Positions 1 to 7,856 of a stretch of DNA of 16,281 nucleotides are shown here, one piece after another (position 1 is the first letter of the stretch; the number at the start of each line of letters is the position of its first letter). Origin of the DNA: Sulfurimonadaceae bacterium (GTDB lineage: Bacteria > Campylobacterota > Campylobacteria > Campylobacterales > Sulfurimonadaceae); assembly GCA_041571435.1 (NCBI GenBank), contig JBFFUI010000043.1, forward strand, positions 1 through 16,281, in the 5' to 3' direction. Position numbers and translations under genes: made by a program. Under the pieces are notes generated by a model. The model had not been told where the DNA came from, searched no databases, and worked only from the letters and a program-made list of their open reading frames with translations.

Positions 1-473
1 ACCAGGTCAACACCCTTTAGGGCAAGATCGATGATCTCCTGACGCTCTTTTTGAAAGACGATCTTTCGCTGTGCGATCGATGTCGAGTTATACAGGTGGA
101 CGATGGCGGTTTTAACACCTTCCAGCGCCTCGAATGTACGTTTGATAAGGTGCTCACGTGCCTGTACTAGGACCTGAACAGTCACATCGTCAGGGATCAG
201 CTTGTCATCGACCAGCTTGCGCAAAAAGTCAAATTCGACTTGCGAAGCCGACGGAAAACCGACTTCGATGGTTTTGAAACCGAGTTTTAGCAGGAGGTTA
301 AAGAGTTCAAGTTTTTGGTCAAGGTTCATCGGTGTAATCAGTGCCTGGTTGCCGTCACGAAGGTCAACGCTGCACCAGATCGGTGCTTTTTCGATTACAT
401 GAGACGGCCATTGTCTATCTGGCAAATCAACTTGTGGGTATGGACGGTATTTTCCACTCTGCATAGTGCTCAT
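1..473 (-). CDS. leuA: 2-isopropylmalate synthase (yeast/actinobacterial-type LeuA), 5' part; runs off the window start
   Basis: Absent from the ORF track; translated by hand from ATG at 473: [49 protein letters not shown]...[15 protein letters not shown]...VHLYNSTS. The [13 protein letters not shown] and IEVGFPSAS motifs are typical of type 2 LeuA. RBS AAGGA lies 7 nt upstream. Confidence 0.95.
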   Translation of the reverse strand, partial: MSTMQSGKYRPYPQVDLPDRQWPSHVIEKAPIWCSVDLRDGNQALITPMNLDQKLELFNLLLKLGFKTIEVGFPSASQVEFDFLRKLVDDKLIPDDVTVQVLVQAREHLIKRTFEALEGVKTAIVHLYNSTSIAQRKIVFQKERQEIIDLALKGVDL

Positions 474-532
474 GGTAAAATCCTTTATATCTTGAAATTC
501 TGATAACTCCTGCTAGACTTATCATTGGCGCA

Positions 533-541
533 ATTATAGCA
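533..541 (-). promoter_or_regulatory. Extended -10 promoter (TGCTATAAT) for leuA
   Basis: Perfect TGnTATAAT on the minus strand about 60 nt upstream of the leuA start; typical Campylobacterota RpoD promoter. Confidence 0.75.
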
Positions 542-615
542 AATAGAGGGGTGAAACAAAACAGGCATAGAGAGATTAACCCAAAAATAAAAGAGTCGCC
601 TAACAGATAGGCTCC

Positions 616-621
616 TATAAT
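616..621 (+). promoter_or_regulatory. -10 element (TATAAT) for the pirin gene
   Basis: TATAAT about 42 nt upstream of ATG 664; RBS-like AAGGGG precedes the start. Confidence 0.55.
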
Positions 622-663
622 GGACTAAGATGCTGTTTCAGACAGTATATAAAAGGGGTAGTC

Positions 664-1365
664 ATGTTAAAACATATTCCGTTTGAAACTCTGTACCTGG
701 CCGATCACGGCTGGCTGAAGAGCCGTTTTCATTTCTCCTTTGCCGAATACAGAAATCCGGACAATATTCATTACGGACCGCTTCGGGTGATGAATGATGA
801 CCTGATAGAAGGCAGAAGCGGCTTTGGCACCCATCCGCATAACGACATGGAGATCATTACCTATGTCCTACGCGGTCAGCTGACACACCAAGACAGTATG
901 GGGCACAAAGAGAGCTTGGGGCGTGGTGCTGTACAGTATATGAGCGCCGGTACCGGAGTAACACACTCGGAGATGAACGAAGGTGATGAGGTTGTCCATC
1001 TTATTCAGACATGGATTATTCCGCAGAAGAAAGGGCTTACGCCGCAGTATGGCTCAAAAACGTTCGATTTCAGTGAACGCCATAACAAGTGGCTGCACTT
1101 GGTAGGACCGGAGTGGAGCAAGAGCGCTATCACGATCTACCAAGATGCCAACATGTTTGTGAGTGAGATTGATGCCGGAGCGACGTTGACGTTCGAACTT
1201 CATCCAGACCGTCAACTCTATCTCAAAGTGATGGAAGGCAGCGGTGTTATCAACGGTGTCGCATTTCAGCAAGGTGATGCGGCGGAAGTGACGGATGAGC
1301 GTCTCGAGATCGAAGCGGGAAGCAATCTTCATCTGTTGATAGTTGAGATGGGTAAAGAGCAATAA
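664..1365 (+). CDS. Pirin family (YhhW-like) bicupin protein
   Basis: HGWLKSRFHFSFAEY, GFGTHPHNDMEIITYV and MSAGTGVTHSE metal-binding motifs; 233 aa. Confidence 0.95.
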   Translation: MLKHIPFETLYLADHGWLKSRFHFSFAEYRNPDNIHYGPLRVMNDDLIEGRSGFGTHPHNDMEIITYVLRGQLTHQDSMGHKESLGRGAVQYMSAGTGVTHSEMNEGDEVVHLIQTWIIPQKKGLTPQYGSKTFDFSERHNKWLHLVGPEWSKSAITIYQDANMFVSEIDAGATLTFELHPDRQLYLKVMEGSGVINGVAFQQGDAAEVTDERLEIEAGSNLHLLIVEMGKEQ

Positions 1366-1462
1366 ATTCCCTGTGGATTGCCGGTAATGACAAAGGCGCA
1401 TTATCTTATACTATAGAGAAGAACGCAAGTGTTGACAAGATGACGATACAGCAAGGAATCAG

Positions 1463-2320
1463 ATGCAGAAAAAAACGGTCTCATTAGTCCTGGGAAGCGG
1501 CGGTGCACGCGGAATGGCACATATCGGCGTGATTAAATGGCTGGAAGAACACGGCTATAAGATCGCGTCTGTCTCCGGCTGTTCGATGGGGGCACTGATC
1601 GGGGGATTTTACGCGGCAGGCAGATTGGACAACTATAGTGATTGGCTACGTGAGCTTGACACACTGGGGATGCTGAAACTGCTCGACTTCAAAGGTTCGG
1701 GCGGTCTGGTCTCGGGTAAAGTGCTGATGGAGAAGATGTCTGAACTGCTCGGTGAGCACAAGATTGAGGAGCTACCTGTCAAGTTTACAGCGGTTGCAAC
1801 CGATATGCATGAGGAGAAAGAGATATGGCTGAATCGAGGTTCACTGATCCAGGCGGTCCGCGCTTCTATCTCGATGCCCCTTTTCTTTACCCCTTTTGAC
1901 TACAATGGGCATCTTCTGATCGACGGCGGGGTACTGAACCCGGTCCCAATCGCGCCGACTTTTGATGATGACACCGACCTGACGATCGCAGTGAACCTCG
2001 GCGGGAAAGTTGATCCCGATCTCACATTGCCCAAACTTACTAGAGAGGAAGAGGGGGTCAGTGCCAAGCTAAAAGAGTATTTCACTCAGCTTGCCATGCC
2101 GGATGTGGTCTCCATGGAAAACAGTATCTATCAGGTGGCAGGCAGCTCTATTGACGCGATGCAGGGCACGATCGCCCGTATGAAACTGGCGGCGTACCCG
2201 CCGGACGTTGTGATCGAGATCCCTCGTAATCTCTGTGGTACGTTGGAGTTTAACCGGGCAGACGAGATCATCGCCTATGGCTATGAACTCTGTGAACGAC
2301 ATCTAAACGCGAATGTTTAG
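1463..2320 (+). CDS. Patatin-like phospholipase (RssA/NTE family), cytoplasmic
   Basis: GSGGARG oxyanion motif, GCSMG nucleophile elbow, DGG catalytic Asp; RBS AAGGA; no signal peptide. Confidence 0.93.
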   Translation: MQKKTVSLVLGSGGARGMAHIGVIKWLEEHGYKIASVSGCSMGALIGGFYAAGRLDNYSDWLRELDTLGMLKLLDFKGSGGLVSGKVLMEKMSELLGEHKIEELPVKFTAVATDMHEEKEIWLNRGSLIQAVRASISMPLFFTPFDYNGHLLIDGGVLNPVPIAPTFDDDTDLTIAVNLGGKVDPDLTLPKLTREEEGVSAKLKEYFTQLAMPDVVSMENSIYQVAGSSIDAMQGTIARMKLAAYPPDVVIEIPRNLCGTLEFNRADEIIAYGYELCERHLNANV

Positions 2321-2904
2321 CCAGCCTCTTGTTTATAATGCTCGACAGCCTTTTCAAGTTCCATAAAGAAGGGGTGAAAGTCGGCTTCTAGCGCAGAGAA
2401 GTTGTTCGTAAGCTCTTCAACACCCCCATACAGATTGTTCTTAAAACGTATACGCTGTGAGACACGGTTGACTGCATGTTCGATCCCTTTGAATGTACGA
2501 TAGTTGTACAGAAGGTCTACCTCTGGCATACGTTTGATCGTTTCTTGCAATCTGACTGGCATCTGTATCTCAGCTCGAGAGAGCTGCGTGTAGTAAAACT
2601 GTGTGCTGTCAAGTAGAGAGTTGTCACTGTACTGCCTCCAGTTTATCGCTAAGAAATGGTCATAAAAGATGTCGATCAAAATAGGTGAAAACCGTTTTCT
2701 TTCTGTCGATATCCTGTTTCGGCTCTGTTTGAAAATAGGGTGTTCGTCGGTGTAGCGGTCGATAAAGCGGTGCAGTTCAACACCTTGAATCACTTCATGC
2801 GTGTAGGCTGTTTTACTGATCTGCTTTGTAAAATCAGGCAGAAGGTTGCCGACCATTGATTTGGGGGACGAAGAAGCGAAGTAGAGGTGGGCTAAATAGT
2901 TGAT
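2317..2904 (-). CDS. acpH: Acyl carrier protein phosphodiesterase (AcpH family); probable ATC start at 2904
   Basis: Extending the 2317..2856 ORF upstream in frame gives (I/M)NYLAHLYFASSSPKSMVGNLLPDF, matching the AcpH N-terminus MN(F/Y)LAHL...GNLLxDF. Internal motifs LHRFIDRYTDEHP and DIFYDHFLA also match. RBS AAGGAG at 2910-2915; 195 aa. Confidence 0.88.
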   Translation of the reverse strand: MNYLAHLYFASSSPKSMVGNLLPDFTKQISKTAYTHEVIQGVELHRFIDRYTDEHPIFKQSRNRISTERKRFSPILIDIFYDHFLAINWRQYSDNSLLDSTQFYYTQLSRAEIQMPVRLQETIKRMPEVDLLYNYRTFKGIEHAVNRVSQRIRFKNNLYGGVEELTNNFSALEADFHPFFMELEKAVEHYKQEAG

Positions 2905-2934
2905 CTAAACTCCTTGGCCGTTCGTTCAATATAC

Positions 2935-3894
2935 CTAGGTGCAGCAGGGCTGCACTTCGAGCGTGAACTCGGCGCCGCGCTCGGTGTTGGCAACAAATAG
3001 CTGTCCGCTCAGTTTCTGGGCGATCTGGGCACTCATGTAGAGGCCGATGCCTGTTCCCTCTTTTTTAGAGGTGACGTTGGGTTTAAAGACATCCTTGATA
3101 ATATCATCGGGAATTCCGCCTGCATTGTCTTCGATCTTCAAGATCACATTGCCGTCTTCTTCATAAAAACGGATATAGATCGAACGTTGTTTACGTTCAC
3201 GTTCGACAAAGGCATCTTTTGCGTTTGCAATGATGTTTAAGATGAGGTGCTTGAACTCGTTTTCGATCCCGTTGATGATGATCTCTCTCTCGCTTTCGAT
3301 ATGGACCTCGATCTGATTGCGCATCAGTTCATCTTTCATCAAGAGCATAACGGTCTGAATACAGCGTTTAAGACCAAAAGGTTCCGGTTCCTTGTCGGGA
3401 CGGAAAAAAGTGCGGAACTCTGTCAATGTCGTGATCATGTGTTCGATCTGTCCTTCCATGTCTTTGACAAGGTTGTCGATATAGGCTTCATCGACATTGC
3501 CCTCACTGTAGTCCATCTGCAAAAGTTGACCTAACATGCTTAAGGCATTCAGCGGCTGTTTCCACTGGTGGGCTACCGCATCCATCATCTCGCCCATAGC
3601 TGCCATTTTTGCCTGCTGCTGCAGCATCTTTTCGTGCTTGAGGTGCGCGTCGGTCTCTTCTTTGACCAGTTTTGTCAGCTCATATTTATAACGTGCCAGA
3701 TCTTTCTCTTGACGTTGCAGCTTTTCATTGTAGCGGGAGTTTTGATCGACCAGCATGGTACGAAAACGTATATCCTGCATATACATTTTAGAGAGAAGGA
3801 GGACTTTTTGATGAATATCAGGGTGTGATTGACTGCTGAGCTCTACAACAGTATCAAGAAGGTCTTTTGTCTTTTCTTTTGTCACCTTGCACAA
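2935..3894 (-). CDS. Soluble sensor histidine kinase (HisKA + HATPase_c), orphan; start may be TTG 3894 or GTG three codons later
   Basis: H-box AVAHQWKQPLN, N-box LNIIANAKDA, G1 IEDNAGGI, G2 GTGIGL; no hydrophobic TM segment; coiled-coil-like N-terminus. Confidence 0.92.
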   Translation of the reverse strand: MCKVTKEKTKDLLDTVVELSSQSHPDIHQKVLLLSKMYMQDIRFRTMLVDQNSRYNEKLQRQEKDLARYKYELTKLVKEETDAHLKHEKMLQQQAKMAAMGEMMDAVAHQWKQPLNALSMLGQLLQMDYSEGNVDEAYIDNLVKDMEGQIEHMITTLTEFRTFFRPDKEPEPFGLKRCIQTVMLLMKDELMRNQIEVHIESEREIIINGIENEFKHLILNIIANAKDAFVERERKQRSIYIRFYEEDGNVILKIEDNAGGIPDDIIKDVFKPNVTSKKEGTGIGLYMSAQIAQKLSGQLFVANTERGAEFTLEVQPCCT

Positions 3895-3918
3895 TCCATC
3901 TCTATTTTATTATGCAAA

Positions 3919-3927
3919 GTTATATCA
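3919..3927 (-). promoter_or_regulatory. Putative extended -10 (TGATATAAC) for the kinase-acpH unit
   Basis: TGn plus a 5/6 match to TATAAT, located between the glnA terminator and the kinase start. Confidence 0.45.
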
Positions 3928-3976
3928 CGGATTATCTAAAGTGTGCCTGATTTTGGGCGTTGTATAATAAATTATG

Positions 3977-4024
3977 AAAGAAAAAAAGAAAGAAAATAGA
4001 AAGAATGATGCCCGAAGGCATCAT
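3977..4024 (-). terminator. Rho-independent terminator of glnA
   Basis: Perfect 8-bp stem ATGATGCC-TTCG-GGCATCAT (cUUCGg tetraloop) 4 nt after the stop, followed by a long U-rich tract. Confidence 0.9.
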
Positions 4025-4028
4025 AAGA

Positions 4029-5459
4029 TTAACACTGGTATGTTGTTTTAAACTCGTAAGCTGTTGGACGGCCTTCATCTGGCCATACATCACGCTCAAA
4101 TTTGTAGTGCTGGTAAGTCTGGATGAACTCGTCAGTAAAGACAGGTTTCAAGAAATCGTTATCAGCGATCAGACCTTCAAGTGCTTCACGTAGAGTGTGT
4201 GGCATTTGAACGATACCTTTTTCACGAATCTCGTCAAGAGTAAGTTCGAAAAGATCGATATCCATCGGACCGACTGGAATAGTCTTGTTTTGGATACCGT
4301 CAAGACCTGCCATCATCATTACGGCGAATGCAAGGTAAGGACACGCTGTTGAATCCGGGAAACGCATCTCGATACGCGTCGCTTTTTCACCTGCACCGTA
4401 AGGGATACGACATGCAGCAGAACGGTTTTGAGAAGAGTAAGTCAGAATGCTTGGCGCTTCGAAACCTGGGATAAGACGTTTGTATGAGTTTGTTGAAGCA
4501 TTCGTGAATGCCGCAACTGCTGCAGCGTGCTTGAAGATACCGCCCGCATAGTGAAGCGCCATCTCAGAAAGGTTACCGTACTCACCCTCTTTATAGAAAA
4601 GGTTTTTACCGTCTTTCCATAGTGATTGGTGAACGTGCATACCGTTACCGTTATCACCGAAAAGTGGTTTAGGCATGAACGTCGCAGTTTTACCGTTAAG
4701 GTGTGCGATCATTTTGACAACATATTTGTATTTTTGAACGTTGTCTGCTGCCCCGATGATGTCAGAGAAAACGATACCGATTTCACCTTGTCCCTGTGCA
4801 ACTTCGTGGTGACCGAGAACAACTTCAAGACCGACTTGTTCTAGAACCATCATCATCTCTGCACGCAGGTCGACCATAGAGTCAGTTGGCTGAACCGGGA
4901 AGTAACCCCCCTTTGTACCTGGACGGTGTGCTGTGTTGTACATATCTTCGTAGTGTGTACCTGAGTTCCACTCACCCTCTTCAGTATCGACTTTGTAACC
5001 GGCTTCATTGATATTGTCAGTGAACTTAACGTCATCAAAGATAAAGAATTCGTTTTCAGGTCCAAAGTAGGCTGCATCGGCAATCCCGATCTCTTCAGCA
5101 TGTTGCAGCGCTTTTTTGGCGATTGAACGTGGACATTTTTCGTAAAGTTCACCTTTGTAGATATCGTAGACATCACAGAAGACGATAATGGTCGGATCGG
5201 CAGTAAAAGGGTCAAGGAATGCTGTAGGCACGTCGGCTTTCAATATCATGTCAGATTTGTTGATCGGCTGCCATGCATCGACTGATGAACCGTCAAATGG
5301 GAAACCATTTTCCAAGTTATCATTATTAACCGCGCTCATGCGGTAAGTAAGATGGTGCCATGCCCCTTTGATGTCTGTAAAACGAAGGTCTACAAACTGT
5401 ACATCGTTCTCTTCACAGTATGTAAAGAACTCTTCCGTATTGTTAACGAATTTTCCCAT
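4029..5459 (-). CDS. glnA: Type I glutamine synthetase
   Basis: [53 protein letters not shown] and RIEMRFPD motifs; RBS AGGAG; 476 aa. Confidence 0.99.
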   Translation of the reverse strand: MGKFVNNTEEFFTYCEENDVQFVDLRFTDIKGAWHHLTYRMSAVNNDNLENGFPFDGSSVDAWQPINKSDMILKADVPTAFLDPFTADPTIIVFCDVYDIYKGELYEKCPRSIAKKALQHAEEIGIADAAYFGPENEFFIFDDVKFTDNINEAGYKVDTEEGEWNSGTHYEDMYNTAHRPGTKGGYFPVQPTDSMVDLRAEMMMVLEQVGLEVVLGHHEVAQGQGEIGIVFSDIIGAADNVQKYKYVVKMIAHLNGKTATFMPKPLFGDNGNGMHVHQSLWKDGKNLFYKEGEYGNLSEMALHYAGGIFKHAAAVAAFTNASTNSYKRLIPGFEAPSILTYSSQNRSAACRIPYGAGEKATRIEMRFPDSTACPYLAFAVMMMAGLDGIQNKTIPVGPMDIDLFELTLDEIREKGIVQMPHTLREALEGLIADNDFLKPVFTDEFIQTYQHYKFERDVWPDEGRPTAYEFKTTYQC

Positions 5460-5490
5460 TGTGTAATCTCCTAGATAATTGATTACGGCA

Positions 5491-5496
5491 AGTATA
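5491..5496 (-). promoter_or_regulatory. -10 element (TATACT) for glnA
   Basis: 5/6 consensus about 32 nt upstream of the ATG; I found no sigma54 -24/-12 motif. Confidence 0.5.
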
Positions 5497-5666
5497 ACTC
5501 AAATGAAGTAATACTTAACTGTAAGCACTGCTTAAAAATTAGACAGTTTATATGATGTTGCGTATTGTAATAAAAAAAAGTGCGTTTTTTTTGTGTATTT
5601 CTATACTGTTGATAACAGGAAGCTATTGCCGATTGCAATGTTTTTGTTACAGAAATCTAAAAAGGT

Positions 5667-6446
5667 TTAGAACGTTACCATCACTCTTTGACGGTTTTTA
5701 AAGTATGCGCACTGCGTGTAACCAATCGAGCGGGCCAATGATTCAGACTCTTCTCTGTACAATCCAACCTGTTCAGGATTGTGGGCATCGGAACCAAAGG
5801 TGATGGGAATACCAAGCGCAAATGCTACTTTTAGAATGTCGGGTGAAGGGTAAGGCTCTTCACACGGTTTTCGATAGCCGGCTACATTGACTTCAAGGAC
5901 CATATCTGCCTCTTTGATCGCTTTGAGCGCCGGCATGGCGATCTCTAAGATGTCGCTGTTGGGCATGAACTTGAAGACCTTGATCAGATCGATGTGACCG
6001 ACGACGTCAAAGAGCTTGGTCTTAGCCATCTCTTCGATAAGATCAAAATAGTTCTGCCAGATGGCATCAATATCTTCATGTTCGTAACGGCCGATAAACT
6101 CGGGATTGTCAAAACCCCATTCGTTGATAAAATGGACTGAGCCGATCAGAAAGTCAACGTCCGCGTTTAATACACGATCATCCATATGGCCCGGCAGGTA
6201 GTCGACCTCATAGCCAAAGAGAACCTCGATCTTATTGGCATATTTCTCTTTTGCCTCCATGACCCATTTTTTATAAAGTGCCATTTCGTCAAAACTCATA
6301 CGGTAGGTCGGATCGAAATCCATCGGCGCATGATCAGAGAAACCGATAATATCCGTACCGCATTCGATCGCTTTTTCGACATACTCATCAACAGTACCTT
6401 CAGCATGGTTGCAGAGTGTGGTGTGACTGTGCAGATCGATTTTCAT
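5667..6446 (-). CDS. Histidinol-phosphatase, PHP/HisJ(HisK) family
   Basis: DLHSHT, GFSDHAP, GYEVDY, IGSVH, VVGHIDLIK and FGSDAH metal-binding PHP motifs; RBS GGAG. Confidence 0.9.
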   Translation of the reverse strand: MKIDLHSHTTLCNHAEGTVDEYVEKAIECGTDIIGFSDHAPMDFDPTYRMSFDEMALYKKWVMEAKEKYANKIEVLFGYEVDYLPGHMDDRVLNADVDFLIGSVHFINEWGFDNPEFIGRYEHEDIDAIWQNYFDLIEEMAKTKLFDVVGHIDLIKVFKFMPNSDILEIAMPALKAIKEADMVLEVNVAGYRKPCEEPYPSPDILKVAFALGIPITFGSDAHNPEQVGLYREESESLARSIGYTQCAYFKNRQRVMVTF

Positions 6447-6473
6447 AGGTTCTCCGTATAAAGTATTGCTGTA

Positions 6474-6526
6474 ATTATAATATAGATCAATGGTTTAAAT
6501 GATTTTATTTTGCATTACGGTAAAAT
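6474..6526. promoter_or_regulatory. Divergent promoter region for the histidinol-phosphatase and U32 genes
   Basis: TATAAT on minus at 6474-6479 and TAAAAT on plus at 6521-6526, each about 28 nt from its start codon. Confidence 0.5.
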
Positions 6527-6554
6527 TGCAATAATTATTTAATAAAGATGAACT

Positions 6555-7853
6555 ATGTCTCAAACCAATAGAGTTGAACTACTCTCGCCTGCGGGCAACC
6601 TTGAAAAACTGAAGATCGCACTCGATTATGGTGCGGACGCTGTTTATGGCGGTGTCAGCCACTTCTCTCTTCGTATCCGTTCAGGTAAAGAGTTTACGAT
6701 GGAGGATTATGCAGAAGGAATTGATTATGCCCATGAACGCGGTAAAAAAGTCTACACGACGATCAACGGTTTTCCTTTTAACTCACAGCTGAACCTGCTC
6801 AAGAAACATATCGAAAAGATGGCGGAGCTGGAACCGGACGCAATGATTGTGGCAACACCGGGTGTGCTTAAACTCTCTCAGGAGATCGCACCGCACATAC
6901 CTAAACACCTTTCGACGCAGGCCAATGTCATGAATGTGCTTGATGCACAGATCTACCATGATATGGGCGCAAAGCGTATTATTACGGCACGCGAGATCTC
7001 GCTTCGTGACCTGCAGGAGATCAAAAAAGAGCTGCCTACTTTAGAGCTGGAGGTTTTTGCACACGGATCAATGTGTTTTGCCTATTCGGGACGTTGTCTT
7101 ATCTCGACCCTGCAAAGTGGGCGGGTTCCCAACCGCGGTTCCTGTGCCAACGACTGCCGTTTTCCGTACGAGATGTATGCGGCCAATCCTGAGACAGGTA
7201 CACTTTTCCGCATAGAAGAGGACCCGGGAATCGGAACCTATATCATGAACTCCAAAGACCTGAATCTCGCTTCACATATGAAAGAGATCCTGGACAGTGG
7301 CTGTGTTGATTCGGTCAAGATCGAAGGACGTACCAAGACATCATACTACGCGGCAACAACGGCAAAGGCGTATCGTATGGCTATCGACGACTACTACAAA
7401 GGTGAATTCAATCCCGAGGCCTACCAAAAAGAGATCCACTCCATGCAGAACCGCGGTTTTACGGATGCTTATCTTATAAACCGTCCGTTTGAAAAACATG
7501 ACACGCAGAGCCTGGACTTTACAATGCAGATGGGAACGCATCAGGTCAGCGGTATGGTGACACCGGAGGGAACGCATTTTCTCTGCAAGTACAAAACCCT
7601 GCCTGGTGATAAAGTCGAGATTATGGCACCATTATGCACCGTTATCGAAGAGGTTGACAATGAGATTGGTACCGTCATAAAAGAGGATGATACCTACTAT
7701 GTCATATTCAAGAAGCTGATCGCAGAAAATGGAAAAGAGTGGGAGTCAGTCCACAGCGGCAACGTCAATCCGATAGCACTGCCGATCACACTGCCTAAGT
7801 ACACATTTTTACGCATTCCGGCAGACGGAATAGACCAGGCGCCGCCGAAATAA
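6555..7853 (+). CDS. Peptidase U32 family protein, TrhP/YegQ-like (probable Fe-S tRNA uridine-34 hydroxylase)
   Basis: ELLSPAG, GADAVYGG, HLSTQAN, EVFAHGSMCFAYSGRC, RGSCANDCR (four Cys) and KIEGR motifs. Confidence 0.92.
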   Translation: MSQTNRVELLSPAGNLEKLKIALDYGADAVYGGVSHFSLRIRSGKEFTMEDYAEGIDYAHERGKKVYTTINGFPFNSQLNLLKKHIEKMAELEPDAMIVATPGVLKLSQEIAPHIPKHLSTQANVMNVLDAQIYHDMGAKRIITAREISLRDLQEIKKELPTLELEVFAHGSMCFAYSGRCLISTLQSGRVPNRGSCANDCRFPYEMYAANPETGTLFRIEEDPGIGTYIMNSKDLNLASHMKEILDSGCVDSVKIEGRTKTSYYAATTAKAYRMAIDDYYKGEFNPEAYQKEIHSMQNRGFTDAYLINRPFEKHDTQSLDFTMQMGTHQVSGMVTPEGTHFLCKYKTLPGDKVEIMAPLCTVIEEVDNEIGTVIKEDDTYYVIFKKLIAENGKEWESVHSGNVNPIALPITLPKYTFLRIPADGIDQAPPK

Positions 7854-7856
7854 CGT

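Noticed and set aside
2317-2320. 4-nt overlap of the convergent patatin and acpH stop codons as a lipid-metabolism antisense switch
   Set aside because: TTAG stop overlaps are common in compact genomes, and nothing else supports regulation.
3963-4193. Plus-strand TATAAT and small ORFs (including 4005..4193) antisense to the glnA 3' end
   Set aside because: The ORFs are the reverse complement of the glnA terminator and coding end, with no RBS or recognisable motif.
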